Virus record (IMG/VR): IMGVR_UViG_3300025929_000013
Coordinates: 1 to 64,000 of that record
Length of the DNA stretch: 64,000 bases
Strand: one strand, 5' to 3'
Source of the DNA: a virus
Made by a program: the position numbers and the translations under genes. Shown in pieces: positions 9,987 through 20,214 of the stretch; position 1 is the first letter of the stretch; every line of letters starts with the position of its first letter. The notes beneath the pieces are model-generated. The model did no database searches. It was not told the DNA's origin and worked only from the letters and a program-made list of their open reading frames with translations.

Positions 9987-10436
9987 ATGAACAGGCCGCC
10001 GGGTATTTACGACGACTGGTTCGAGGACAGCGAGATCGAGGGTCTGCGCTTCCGCGTGGACGTGGCCACGGACGAAGAGACGAATCCCCGGAAGTTCGGC
10101 GACAGCATCACCCCGGAGCAGGTGCGCCGGTGGGAGCAGGGCCTGTGGGAGTTCGTCACCGTCACCGTCGTGCCCGTGTACGGTGACGTGGAGATCGACG
10201 AGTGCGCGGCGTCGCTCGGCGGCGTCGTCTCCGGGTTCTTCGACTCCGGCCAGGAGCGCATCGGCAGGGAGCAGCTGGCCGAATACCCGGTCACCGAGCT
10301 CGTGGACGAGGCCCTGGGCAAGCTGCGCGGTCCCGCCCTGGGATCCGCCGTCGCCGGGTTCCTCCAGGACGCGATCGACGCGCAGGAGGACGCGGACAAG
10401 CTGAAGGAACTCCAGGCCAGCCTGGCGGCGACATGA
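9987..10436 (+). CDS. acidic hypothetical protein
   Basis: GGAG RBS. Confidence 0.7.
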   Translation: MNRPPGIYDDWFEDSEIEGLRFRVDVATDEETNPRKFGDSITPEQVRRWEQGLWEFVTVTVVPVYGDVEIDECAASLGGVVSGFFDSGQERIGREQLAEYPVTELVDEALGKLRGPALGSAVAGFLQDAIDAQEDADKLKELQASLAAT

Positions 10437-10717
10437 CCGATAAGCGTCTGAGCGAGCTCAACGAGGAGCAGCGCAGAATCGACGAAGCCCGTGCGGAGCG
10501 CGAGACGCTGCTGGCCGATCCGGAATTCCAGCGCATCCGCGGCCTGTATCAAGACCTCCAGGCCGCCTTGGACGCGCTCGACGAGGCCGGGGAGCGCCCG
10601 GCCGACAGTGACGGATACGCCCTCTACATCGTCGGCAAGTCGTTCTCACTGGACAGCCGGGGCATTTCCGAAAATGACGAGGTCTGGAAGCGCCATATGC
10701 GAAAGGAGCGCACATGA
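10433..10717 (+). CDS. hypothetical protein
   Basis: ATGA coupling. Confidence 0.6.
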   Translation: MTDKRLSELNEEQRRIDEARAERETLLADPEFQRIRGLYQDLQAALDALDEAGERPADSDGYALYIVGKSFSLDSRGISENDEVWKRHMRKERT

Positions 10718-11169
10718 GCGAGCTGCACTACACCCACGGTGTCGCGGAAGGCGACGACCCGACGTGCCGCATCGGGGACATCGTGGCGTCCTGGGAGTTC
10801 GGCTACGGCGCCGCGGGCCACGTCTGCGGCATCGATCCGATGGCCCGGGTGCTCGAAGTCATCTGGGACGACGGCCGAGCCAAGGTGTGCACACGCGAGT
10901 GGAAGCACGTGGACAAGCTCGTTTTCCAGTACCACATCGACTCCAGCGAACCGCTGGAGTGCCTCGACGCCCACAAGGGGCCGTGCACCGGCGAGGTCGC
11001 ATACCGGCCGTCCCTGTCTCCCACCGGCAAGATGTTCGCGCGCTGCGACGGGCACTGGGAGCAGCGCGTAGACAAGCAGCAGGAGATCGACGCGCGCTAT
11101 CCTGCGACCCCACCGACGTGGTTCGACCCGGCGTACGCGGGCGAGGTCTGGGACGAAGAGGACTACTGA
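10714..11169 (+). CDS. hypothetical protein, Cys/His-containing C-terminal domain
   Basis: AAGGAG RBS; C..C..C..H and WFDPAYAGEVWDE. Confidence 0.75.
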   Translation: MSELHYTHGVAEGDDPTCRIGDIVASWEFGYGAAGHVCGIDPMARVLEVIWDDGRAKVCTREWKHVDKLVFQYHIDSSEPLECLDAHKGPCTGEVAYRPSLSPTGKMFARCDGHWEQRVDKQQEIDARYPATPPTWFDPAYAGEVWDEEDY

Positions 11170-11507
11170 TGTCCGTCGAGAAGCTGGACGTGCGCACCGA
11201 GACCCGGCGCGTCGCGCACTGGACCGTCAAGGATAAACCCGCGCTCGGAAACACCATGGGAACGAAATTCTTCCCGCGTACCGTGACCGCGGTCTGGATC
11301 CGTCACATGGCCGGGCATCCCTGGCTGCGCCCCGACTCGGTGGTGATCAGGGGCCCACTGGTCGGAAGCAAGGGGCAGCCGCTCAAGCACGAGACGCGGC
11401 GGACTTTCCTGTGCGGCGCGCCGGGCCCTTACTGGCCTGACTGGGTGCGCGAGCTGATCCACGAATTCGACCCCGACAAGGAGCCCGACACGAAAGAAGG
11501 GAGCTAA
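11169..11507 (+). CDS. hypothetical protein
   Basis: TGATG coupling. Confidence 0.65.
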   Translation: MSVEKLDVRTETRRVAHWTVKDKPALGNTMGTKFFPRTVTAVWIRHMAGHPWLRPDSVVIRGPLVGSKGQPLKHETRRTFLCGAPGPYWPDWVRELIHEFDPDKEPDTKEGS

Positions 11508-11509
11508 GA

Positions 11510-12121
11510 ATGCGCGAACCGTTGACCCCGGGCGAGTTCAAGGAATTCGTCCTCGACATCGCCCATTACCGGCAATGGCTCGATAAGGGTATCTCCTGGC
11601 AGAATTGTGCATTGCGGCGCGGCGGCGGTGTCGCGATCTATGTGCGCGCTGACTTCCCCGTGCGCCTGCTCGCGTTGAACTCGCGCGACGCCTACCGCCT
11701 CGATCTGTACGGGCACAAGCCCGACAAGGCGCGCCCCAAGACCTTGCACCCTTCTTCGGTGGACGTCGTCCCCTTCGCGCACTGCGCGGGCTACCGCGGC
11801 GCGCCGCTGGAGCTGACCGACGCCGAGCGCAAGACGGTGCCGCTCGGAACACGCGGCCCGGTGAACGGGTTCGACGGCGTGGGCTGGCTGGAGCGCCTGT
11901 GCGGGCCGGTGCCGCCCAAGGAGGTGTTCGACCGCACGACGACCCCGCTCGACGTCAAGCGCTACCCCCGCTTCTTTTTCACGGCCGGATACAGTCTCAC
12001 GACCGTCACCCGCTGCGACCACGGATATTTTCTGAATAGCTCCTGCGCCGGATGCGACGCCGACGAGGAGAACCGGCGCGGCGCGTGGGAGGGCGTCGAT
12101 GAGCTCGGCTACACCACCTGA
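11510..12121 (+). CDS. hypothetical protein
   Basis: GGAG RBS. Confidence 0.7.
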   Translation: MREPLTPGEFKEFVLDIAHYRQWLDKGISWQNCALRRGGGVAIYVRADFPVRLLALNSRDAYRLDLYGHKPDKARPKTLHPSSVDVVPFAHCAGYRGAPLELTDAERKTVPLGTRGPVNGFDGVGWLERLCGPVPPKEVFDRTTTPLDVKRYPRFFFTAGYSLTTVTRCDHGYFLNSSCAGCDADEENRRGAWEGVDELGYTT

Positions 12122-12151
12122 CCCGCCCAAGAGAATGGAGGAACCCGCAAC

Positions 12152-12463
12152 GTGAAGACCTACGCGATCGCGGACACGCTGGTCACCGTGGACGAGCTGC
12201 GCCCGAGCGGGCACGCGCTGAAGGGGCGCATCTTCGCCGACCCGAACACGCCGGACGAGCACACGGCGACCTACGAGCACATCATGCCCGGCGACCGGTA
12301 CGACGTCGAGGCGAACCCGCAGCACCCGAGCTATCCGTACGCGGCGAACCGCGGCGGATGCGCCCCCACCCTGCACGGGGCGGTGCGCACGGCCAAGAGG
12401 TGGGCCGACACGTACCTCGCCTCTCCCGACCGCGACAAGACCGACCAGGAGGAATCCGTATGA
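12152..12463 (+). CDS. hypothetical protein
   Basis: GGAGG RBS. Confidence 0.7.
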   Translation: MKTYAIADTLVTVDELRPSGHALKGRIFADPNTPDEHTATYEHIMPGDRYDVEANPQHPSYPYAANRGGCAPTLHGAVRTAKRWADTYLASPDRDKTDQEESV

Positions 12464-12873
12464 CCGACACCACCGCGAAGACATTCAGCTGGACCGACGT
12501 ACCGATCCACGTATCGCCCCAGGTCACCTACGACACGGCGACGCCGTACGGGCTCTTCGGATCCCACGCGCCCTGGTTCGACCTGGTCAGCGACTCCACC
12601 GACGGCTCCACGGCGCCGGACGACTGGAAGGTGGTGCTGCGCGAGTACGACCCCGACAACGACGCTCTCCTGCCCACCGAGTACGCGATCACCCACGAGG
12701 TCGTCATCAAGACCCTGATCGAGCTCGCGATGAACTCGGACTACGACCTCGACGACCGCGCGAAGTACCTCGCGCTGGTGATCGACCCCGAAAACTGGGA
12801 CACGCAGTTCGACGTCGAGGACGCCGACCGCATCCTCCAGCACGCCACCTGGGGCTCGGTGAAGTACGACTAA
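12460..12873 (+). CDS. acidic hypothetical protein
   Basis: AGGAGG RBS, ATGA coupling. Confidence 0.7.
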   Translation: MTDTTAKTFSWTDVPIHVSPQVTYDTATPYGLFGSHAPWFDLVSDSTDGSTAPDDWKVVLREYDPDNDALLPTEYAITHEVVIKTLIELAMNSDYDLDDRAKYLALVIDPENWDTQFDVEDADRILQHATWGSVKYD

Positions 12874-12890
12874 TCCGCCGCGCAGCTGAC

Positions 12891-12922
12891 AGGGCCGTTC
12901 CGTTCGCCGGACGGCCCTTTTT
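12891..12922 (+). terminator. intrinsic terminator
   Basis: AGGGCCGT...ACGGCCCT stem followed by a T run. Confidence 0.7.
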
Positions 12923-13011
12923 CGTGCCCTGATACGGGTCACCCATTTGCAGCAGCGCCCTACCGACAGCGGGCGCGGTGTACCGAGAGTAGAAACGAAA
13001 GGGAGGAACCA

Positions 13012-13653
13012 GTGTCCATACAACCGCAGGCGCTCGACCGCGACGCCGCAGACCGCAGCACGCGCACGGCGCCGATCCAAGCGCTGGCCAACACCGTGCT
13101 CAAGCACCTCGGCGACGGCTGGAGCTGGGACGACAGCGCGCAAACCGGCGTCTACCTGGACTTCCACGAGATCTTCCGGGTCCACCTGGAGGACGCGGGC
13201 TACGGCGTCGTGCGCGGCGCAGCGGTGATGCCGAGCAAGTTCATGCCCGCGCTGGGTTTCGAGCTGCTGATCGAGGACGGCGCGGCGGCGATCGCCGCCG
13301 AGATCCGCGGGCCGCTGCTGCGCAAGTACATGGCGGTCACCGAGATCGCGGTCGACCACGTGGAGTCCGGCAAGGCCTGGGAGGACGAGACCCGCGGCGT
13401 GTTCGCGGAGTTCACACAGATCGTCGGCTTCGCGCCCGACATCACCAAGGGCGTCGATCCGGACCTGAACCTGTGCGCCTGGTTCCGTCGCAGCATCGGC
13501 GACTCGTTCCGGCTCTACGCGGCGCCGGGGCAGGGGCCGAACGTGCACATCTACGTGCCCACGATGGACGCCATGCGCAGCTTCGTGCAGACGTGGGCAC
13601 TGCTCAGGCCCCCGGAGCCGGAATCGCACATGGTCGAGGAAGCCCCCGAGTAA
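13012..13653 (+). CDS. hypothetical protein
   Basis: GGAGG RBS. Confidence 0.7.
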   Translation: MSIQPQALDRDAADRSTRTAPIQALANTVLKHLGDGWSWDDSAQTGVYLDFHEIFRVHLEDAGYGVVRGAAVMPSKFMPALGFELLIEDGAAAIAAEIRGPLLRKYMAVTEIAVDHVESGKAWEDETRGVFAEFTQIVGFAPDITKGVDPDLNLCAWFRRSIGDSFRLYAAPGQGPNVHIYVPTMDAMRSFVQTWALLRPPEPESHMVEEAPE

Positions 13654-13727
13654 CACCCCTAAGCCCAGCGCCCCCGCCTGCCCCACGCTCGCGGGGGCGC
13701 TGCCTTTGTCACCGGAAGGAGGACCCT

Positions 13728-14330
13728 ATGAATCTCGGCGCATTGGTCAAGGAAATCGCCGGGATGTTGGGCAGCAGCTGGCGTCTGAAGAACGCCAACG
13801 GTGTACCGGTCATCACGCACCGGCGCGGCTGGCTCGTGTTCGACGACACCGACGAGAACAAGCTGCACATCACGTTCATGCACTTCGACGGCGGTTCGCA
13901 GTGGTGCGAGATGCCCCACGGACTCGGCATTGGAGAGACGACGCGGCGCATCCGCGAGCAGCTGGTCTACAGGCACCCGGAACCGGCCGACGACGCCGAA
14001 GAACGGCTGCACTGGCATGACGACTGGTGCGCCCTGTTCACGGCATGGGCGCAGGAACAGGACTTCCTCGTCGAATTCACGGCGGACGTGCACGAGGGCC
14101 GAATCCTCTCCCTGCGCGCCGATTTCGGTTCCGACGCCCGGATCGTGAACGGCTACATCGCATGCGCCCGGGACACGGCGTGGGGCTCGATCACAGTCAC
14201 CTACGACAGCTTCCCGGCGAAGGTCGAGCACTTCACCACCAAGGCCGCGATCGTCGAGCGCCTCGGCGTCGTGGAACAGCGCGTCATCGGATACACCCCG
14301 CGCCACGGAGATCGCCGCAAAGCGGCCTGA
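13728..14330 (+). CDS. hypothetical protein
   Basis: AAGGAGG RBS. Confidence 0.7.
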   Translation: MNLGALVKEIAGMLGSSWRLKNANGVPVITHRRGWLVFDDTDENKLHITFMHFDGGSQWCEMPHGLGIGETTRRIREQLVYRHPEPADDAEERLHWHDDWCALFTAWAQEQDFLVEFTADVHEGRILSLRADFGSDARIVNGYIACARDTAWGSITVTYDSFPAKVEHFTTKAAIVERLGVVEQRVIGYTPRHGDRRKAA

Positions 14331-14344
14331 GAAGGGAGGACCCC

Positions 14345-14764
14345 TTGAACATATACCTGCCCGACAGCGAGCTACCAGCCGACGCCGCGGGATGGTCGCG
14401 CGCCCCGGTGTGGGACTACGACTCCGCATCCGGCTACCAGGGCGAAGACCGCGTCGGGCGCGCGTTCGGCGCGCGGTACGTCAACGTCGAGCGGCAGCGC
14501 AACCTGGACCTGTGCGTGTACGTCGCCATGGCGCGCTTCGAGGACGGCGGCGCGCGCTACAGTGTCGCGCGCACCTACGAGCTGTACGAGCTGCGGCTAC
14601 CGCGCGAGGTCGAAATACCGGTCTCCTGGTCCGGCGACATCGAATACCGGTACCCCGGGAAGATCGACTGCGACAGTGCGATACAACCGCTGGAAGAGGC
14701 CCGTAAGCTCATCCTCGCCGACTTCCGGCAGGACCCCCTGTTCACCCGGTTCGCCGCCCTGTAG
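14345..14764 (+). CDS. hypothetical protein
   Basis: GGAGG RBS, TTG start. Confidence 0.65.
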   Translation: MNIYLPDSELPADAAGWSRAPVWDYDSASGYQGEDRVGRAFGARYVNVERQRNLDLCVYVAMARFEDGGARYSVARTYELYELRLPREVEIPVSWSGDIEYRYPGKIDCDSAIQPLEEARKLILADFRQDPLFTRFAAL

Positions 14765-14835
14765 AGCCCGCGGCCGTCAGTCACGCCCCATAGCCTGACG
14801 GCCAAGGGGTCCACAAGGACCAGAAAGGAGGAAAT

Positions 14836-15165
14836 GTGGCCTTCCCGTTTTACCGTGCCGTGGGAACCGGCAAAGCGTGGGCGCGCATACGCGCGTACGC
14901 GACAATCCGGGTAGACGTCGAAATGCTCGCGCAGATATGGCTGGACGGCTCCATCGAGAAGGGGCCCCCGCCAAGTAAGCGTCAGTTCGAGACGTTCGTC
15001 AGCGAGCAGGTACGGATACACGGCGAGCGCCTCCCCGAAAGGGTCGGCTATATCTGGAGCGACGAGGTCGAAGACGGCATGCTGAACGACCAGGATAGGG
15101 TCAAGGAAACGCTCGCGGCCACGATGACCAGAATCCGCGAGCTCTACGGAATCGAGGAGACATGA
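14836..15165 (+). CDS. hypothetical protein
   Basis: AAGGAGG RBS. Confidence 0.7.
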   Translation: MAFPFYRAVGTGKAWARIRAYATIRVDVEMLAQIWLDGSIEKGPPPSKRQFETFVSEQVRIHGERLPERVGYIWSDEVEDGMLNDQDRVKETLAATMTRIRELYGIEET

Positions 15166-15686
15166 CCGACAAGAAGATGCTGCTGCTGTTCGAGGGATAC
15201 GCCGGGGGACGCTGGGAGGAGTCCGGCGAACAGGAGGTCGTGCCGAACAAGTGGGGGCATCCGCATGATGTCGTGCGCGAGCACCTGGAGCGCCGTGCCG
15301 CGCAGGCCGCGAAAGAGCAAGAGCTCGCGGTGGCCGAGCTGGACAACGCCTTCCGCGTACGCGTGTGGGTCGGCGAGTTCACCGAGATCGACACCATGTG
15401 TTCCCCGCCGGAGCGGTGGCCTGACGCGATGGTCGTCTACCGCAAGCCGGACACCACGCTGCTGGACGCCGCGATGAAGGTGGCGGCCACCAGGTGGCGC
15501 CTCCACACGGACACACCCACGAGCGACATCCCGGCGCGCGGGCTCAGCCGCACCTACTACGACGGCGCGTTCCAGGCGGCCGATGCTGTGTACGCGGCGC
15601 ACCGCGCGCTGAACCCGACCTGGCAGGGGCCGGGGACCGCCGACCTGATCGGGCTGGCCGAGGCACTGCTGCCCGACCACCGATAA
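15162..15686 (+). CDS. hypothetical protein
   Basis: coupled ORF. Confidence 0.7.
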   Translation: MTDKKMLLLFEGYAGGRWEESGEQEVVPNKWGHPHDVVREHLERRAAQAAKEQELAVAELDNAFRVRVWVGEFTEIDTMCSPPERWPDAMVVYRKPDTTLLDAAMKVAATRWRLHTDTPTSDIPARGLSRTYYDGAFQAADAVYAAHRALNPTWQGPGTADLIGLAEALLPDHR

Positions 15687-15865
15687 TGGACTATGAGGAG
15701 GCGTACCGCCGGGCGAAGGAACTCGGCGGTCGCGCCGCCACGGCGTATAAGAGCCGCGCCGGATGGGTGCTGATGGACTGGGGCGACAACCTGACGTGGA
15801 TCGTGGTGGACTCGGCTAAGACCAAGGTCCTCGACGATGGCCGGGAGGAAAAGGAGCAAACATGA
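15686..15865 (+). CDS. small hypothetical protein
   Basis: TAATG coupling. Confidence 0.6.
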   Translation: MDYEEAYRRAKELGGRAATAYKSRAGWVLMDWGDNLTWIVVDSAKTKVLDDGREEKEQT

Positions 15866-16668
15866 CGGTCCGCGGGCGACTGCGAAACTACGGTGGCGCT
15901 ACCGGCGCGGCGGCGCGCTGGCTGCAAAAAGCCGATCCGGACTACGGCCTTCGTGATGCATGGGAGCGCCTGCCGCTCGACACGCTGGAGCATTTCACCC
16001 GCGCCGCAAAAGCCTGGCTCGGCGACCGTTCGGAGCTGCGGACCTCGACCATCGATAAAGCCAACTACGCCGAGCTGTTCAGATGGTTCCGCGAGCTCAA
16101 GGAGCTACCGCCACTCGACGAGGATCCTCAGCAGCCTGCCGATCTGGGGACGTCCGGCGGCCTCGGTGACCGCGAGGCCGCCATCGAGCAAGCGGTCACG
16201 CAGGCCGAGGAGGGGTACGACGCCGCCGCGCTCAAGCCGCGCATGGTGAAGATCCCCGGCCTCGGCCGCTCGGTGCAAGTGCGCGAGGAACCGCCTGCGC
16301 CGAAGAAAATCAACTCGCGGGCGCACATGATGCTCGACGGCTTCCCGGCGGGCCGGTACGCAGTCGAGATCGACGGGGTCACACACTGCCTCTGGTTCAA
16401 GTACAACGCGAAGACCTGCATGGAGGAGACGCGCTACCGCAAGGACGGCAAGTGGGTCTCGACCATGTGGTTCAACGAGCTGCGGGCCGCCATTAAAGCC
16501 ATCAAGGAGGACCCGTTCGCTGCGGCGGTCCGCTTCGGTCGGGAGACCGGCCACTGCTCCTCCTGCGGACGTAAATTAACCCGCGACAGTTCGCTCGCGG
16601 TCGGCCAGGGCCCGGACTGCGAGGCCCAAGAGCTGCACAGGGCACTACTAAAGGAGCTCTTCGGATGA
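15862..16668 (+). CDS. protein with C-terminal DUF6011-like zinc finger
   Basis: GRETGHCSSCGRKLTRDSSLAVGQGPDC. Confidence 0.7.
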   Translation: MTVRGRLRNYGGATGAAARWLQKADPDYGLRDAWERLPLDTLEHFTRAAKAWLGDRSELRTSTIDKANYAELFRWFRELKELPPLDEDPQQPADLGTSGGLGDREAAIEQAVTQAEEGYDAAALKPRMVKIPGLGRSVQVREEPPAPKKINSRAHMMLDGFPAGRYAVEIDGVTHCLWFKYNAKTCMEETRYRKDGKWVSTMWFNELRAAIKAIKEDPFAAAVRFGRETGHCSSCGRKLTRDSSLAVGQGPDCEAQELHRALLKELFG

Positions 16669-17198
16669 CCGAGCGCGTAATCAACTACACCTTCAAGGAC
16701 CGCGAGGCGGCGGCCCGTGAATTCGGCCACCTCGCCACCTGGTACTCCCAGATCATCCGCAAGGGCCTGTCCACGGTCAGGCTCAACGAGCAGCTGCTCT
16801 GGAAGGACCCCGGTTTCCTCGTCGAGGCCTACGACGACTTGACCCATGTGCACAGCCAGATGCGCGAGCTGACGGAGGCGCACCTGGCCAACTGGCTCTA
16901 CGCGACCTGGCCGGAGCGCTTCGACGCGGAGATCACCGCGGATATCAAGGCCGTGCTCACCCTGATCTCGCACACGGCGGCGGAGATCGGCTTCGCCTGC
17001 CACGTGGCCGGTGAATACGTCGAGAAGCAGATGCGCGACGCGCCGCGGGAGGCGCGCATGCCCTATGCCCAGAAGGTGGCATGGGCGGTCTACCGCGCGA
17101 CGCACGTTGACCGGGACAAGGGCTACGCGGACGACGGCGTGGTGTACCTGGACGTGATCGCCGACAAGATCTCGAAGGGCGCAGTGGAGACGCTGTGA
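16665..17198 (+). CDS. hypothetical protein
   Basis: AAGGAG RBS, coupled. Confidence 0.7.
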   Translation: MTERVINYTFKDREAAAREFGHLATWYSQIIRKGLSTVRLNEQLLWKDPGFLVEAYDDLTHVHSQMRELTEAHLANWLYATWPERFDAEITADIKAVLTLISHTAAEIGFACHVAGEYVEKQMRDAPREARMPYAQKVAWAVYRATHVDRDKGYADDGVVYLDVIADKISKGAVETL

Positions 17199-17533
17199 CG
17201 ACCGAGTGGGAGCAGCTCGAACGCACCGAGACGATCGTACGCACGGTCACCGCGACCTATCGTGCCCCCGAGGGCGTCGAGCCGATGCTCAAGCACCGAG
17301 CGAAGAAAATCCTCTTCCAGCCCACGAAGGTGATCGTCAGGCTCCAGTTCACGCCCACCGGCTCGACTGTGTACGTCACCGTCTCGGGGCCGGATCTGCG
17401 CGACCTGCCTTACGGGCACAACGATCCGGCAATGGCGTTCTTCGACGCCGACTCCCTGGACGCCGCGGGGCCAGAGCTGGACTGGCTGAAAAATGGCGTC
17501 GCCGACCTGATCATCGACGAGCACAACGACTAG
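17195..17533 (+). CDS. hypothetical protein
   Basis: GTGA coupling. Confidence 0.65.
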   Translation: MTTEWEQLERTETIVRTVTATYRAPEGVEPMLKHRAKKILFQPTKVIVRLQFTPTGSTVYVTVSGPDLRDLPYGHNDPAMAFFDADSLDAAGPELDWLKNGVADLIIDEHND

Positions 17534-17544
17534 AGGAAGAGCGC

Positions 17545-17832
17545 ATGCCCCGCAAGCCGCAACGTCCGGTGATCAGGGAGAGTCTGATCCCGGACACGAT
17601 CCTGACAAATCCTGACCTCGTGGAACGCATGGCCCAGCTCGACGCGCTCCCGAAACAGGCCGCGGCGGCGAAATACGAGATCCTCTACCGGCTGCTCGAT
17701 GAAGAGGGCGGCGCCGGTACACCGGGGGCTATTGCGGCCGTCGCGCGGCGCACCGGATATACCACCGAGACGCTGGCCAAGTGGTTCGAGCGGCACAACC
17801 CCCCGCCGCCGGATGTCACCCGTTCGGCCTAA
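17545..17832 (+). CDS. small HTH DNA-binding protein
   Basis: IAAVARRTGYTTETLAKW helix-turn-helix pattern. Confidence 0.6.
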   Translation: MPRKPQRPVIRESLIPDTILTNPDLVERMAQLDALPKQAAAAKYEILYRLLDEEGGAGTPGAIAAVARRTGYTTETLAKWFERHNPPPPDVTRSA

Positions 17833-17914
17833 CGCCCTGCCGCCGCTCTTGCGTCGATCGTAGGCTGCGAACACAGACGTTTGCACCCATCAGCACGACC
17901 GAAAGCGATCACGC

Positions 17915-19228
17915 ATGCCCACAAGCAACGACGTCAAGAAGGACACGAAGAAACTCATAGACGAGATCAGCCAGGCGATCGGCTGGCGCGTCGTCGACAT
18001 GACCAACGGCCATTACCAGGTCGTCAACCCGGACGGCGACTCTGTCACCACCAGCGGTACGCCCGGCCAGCAAAGCACCCTGCTCAGGTTCCGGGACGAC
18101 CTCAAAAAACATCTCGGCTGGGACGCGGCGAAAGAGAAGAGGCGGCGGCAGGCGGAGGCGAAGTTGCGCCTTGAGGCCGACAGGGCGAAGAACGACGCGG
18201 TGATGGCGAAGGCTGTCGCCGAGGCGAAAGAGCGCCACTGCGCAGAAATGGAACGCCTCAAGCAGACGCAACGCCCCGGCACGAAACTGCCCAACGGCGA
18301 GGTCGTCGACTACATCAGCAAACCGGTATTCTTCACCCGCATCGACGCGATCGCGGCATTGGAGACCAAGGGCAGGTGCGACTGCAACCTGCGCGCGCTG
18401 AGCGAGACCAACATCACCCGCCTGTTCGAGCCGATGCACGAGGGCGATTGGATGTACATGCCACACGGCCTGGACGTGTGCATCCACGGCAACTACGGCG
18501 ACGGCGCCCACCGTCTCGAAGCGCTCAAGCGGATGAGCGACGAAGAACTCATTGAGCTGTACGGCGAACCCGGCCTGTGGTTCAGGGTCACCTACGGTGT
18601 GCCGCCGGAAGTGCTCGACAACACCGACATGGGCAAGGCGCGCAGCCATGCCGACGTACTGATGCAGCACGGGTACAAGAGGAACCCGAAGGAGGTCGCC
18701 GCCGCGCTGAACATCCTGATCGCCTACGACGCGGGCACCCCCTGGCGACACTGGAGCCGCAAGGTCATCACCCACCGGCAGCGGCTTCGCGCTCTCAAGG
18801 GCGAGTATGCGGCGCTAGTCGCGCCCGGCAGCGAGAACACGATCATGACCGACGCGCTGAGGCTGCACAAAAGCAGGATGAAGATGACCCTGACCAGCGC
18901 CCTGGTCTTCTGCTTCCTGATCCAGCGCGAGGTGCCCTACCCGGTGTGGAATGCGTTCCTCACGCCGCTTCTTACGCTCAAGGACTTCGAGGACGACGAC
19001 CCGCGCGGCGCCCTCTACACCAACCTCATCAAGAAGGACCGCAAGCCGACCGAAGCGCGCCAGGGGATCCGAGAGCTCGGCATGGCGCTCAAGACCTGGA
19101 ACAAGTGGGCGACCGGGGAGCGCCAGGAGCTGGCGACGTTCAAGAAGACCGAGCCGATGCCGCGGATTTCAAAGATCACGCGCGAGATCCCGGCCCTCGC
19201 CAGCCTCAATACGCCGTTCAACGGCTAA
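17915..19228 (+). CDS. HicA-like N-terminal domain fused to a ParB-like domain
   Basis: GWRVVDMTNGHYQV..P.G..VTTSGTP (HicA-like); NLRALS...DGAHRLEAL...DMGKARSHADVL (ParB/Srx-like DGxHR). Confidence 0.6.
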   Translation: MPTSNDVKKDTKKLIDEISQAIGWRVVDMTNGHYQVVNPDGDSVTTSGTPGQQSTLLRFRDDLKKHLGWDAAKEKRRRQAEAKLRLEADRAKNDAVMAKAVAEAKERHCAEMERLKQTQRPGTKLPNGEVVDYISKPVFFTRIDAIAALETKGRCDCNLRALSETNITRLFEPMHEGDWMYMPHGLDVCIHGNYGDGAHRLEALKRMSDEELIELYGEPGLWFRVTYGVPPEVLDNTDMGKARSHADVLMQHGYKRNPKEVAAALNILIAYDAGTPWRHWSRKVITHRQRLRALKGEYAALVAPGSENTIMTDALRLHKSRMKMTLTSALVFCFLIQREVPYPVWNAFLTPLLTLKDFEDDDPRGALYTNLIKKDRKPTEARQGIRELGMALKTWNKWATGERQELATFKKTEPMPRISKITREIPALASLNTPFNG

Positions 19229-19293
19229 CGACCACCCGCACAGGCGCCCTGAATTTCGGGGCGCTTTGTGCTGTCCGGACAAGGAGGAAAGGT

Positions 19294-20193
19294 ATGGATA
19301 AACAGCAGCAGCTTCTGAGTGAGCTCCCCGAGCAGCTGCGGGAGCCGACGCGGGCGGCGCTCTCCCGCCTGAGCAAGAGCTCGGTCCGGGTCTACGCGGG
19401 CGACATCCTGCACTGGCTCGGCTACTGCGCAGCGAAAAAGATCGAGCTGCTCACGCCGACCCGGCCTCAGGTCGACCTCTACTGCGCGGCGCTGTCGAAG
19501 GGCCTCAAACCGGCGACCGTCAACCGGCACATGTCCGCGATCTCCGCCTGGTTCTCGTACCTCGTCGAGTGCGAGATCGCCGAGCGCAACCCGTTCAAGG
19601 GCCCCAAGCGCCCGCGCGTGGACAAGACCACCTCCACGACCCCGTGGCTGAGCCGGGAGGAGTGCAAAAGGCTGCTGGAGGCGGCCGAGGCGCAAACCGG
19701 GCCCCAGGCGCAGCGCGACGCCGCGATCATGTGGCTGCTGGTGACCGAAGGCGTGCGTGTCGCGGAGGTCGCCGAGCTCATGCAGAGCAGCCTTCGCGTG
19801 ACCGGCGGCCAGCGTGTGATCCGCGTGCGCGGCAAGGGCAACGTCATGGAGGACCGGGCGCTGCCGGGCAGGCTCGCGGCGCAGCTCGACGCCTACCTCG
19901 CGGCGCACCCGCACACCGGCCACCTGTTCGTGACCAGCACGGGCAACAAGCTGAGCCCCAGCTACATCTCCAAGCTGGTCGCCCGGTTCGCCAACGCCGC
20001 CGGGCTGCCGAACCCGCAGCAGTACACCGCGCACTCGCTGCGGCACACCTCCGCCACCATCGCCAAAGCAGAGGGCGCCACGGAGGAGGAGATCAGCAAG
20101 GGGTTGGGTCACTCCAGCCTCGAAACGACCCGCGGATATCTGCACAATCCGGCGGATGACCCCGCGCACCGCGTCGAGCAGGCGCTGCGCTAA
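19294..20193 (+). CDS. tyrosine recombinase (XerC/D-like)
   Basis: SAM-like N-terminus; GVRVAE, RGKG, HSLRH, LGHSS..TT.GY catalytic motifs intact. Confidence 0.92.
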   Translation: MDKQQQLLSELPEQLREPTRAALSRLSKSSVRVYAGDILHWLGYCAAKKIELLTPTRPQVDLYCAALSKGLKPATVNRHMSAISAWFSYLVECEIAERNPFKGPKRPRVDKTTSTTPWLSREECKRLLEAAEAQTGPQAQRDAAIMWLLVTEGVRVAEVAELMQSSLRVTGGQRVIRVRGKGNVMEDRALPGRLAAQLDAYLAAHPHTGHLFVTSTGNKLSPSYISKLVARFANAAGLPNPQQYTAHSLRHTSATIAKAEGATEEEISKGLGHSSLETTRGYLHNPADDPAHRVEQALR

Positions 20194-20214
20194 CCACAAC
20201 ACAAGGAGAACAGC

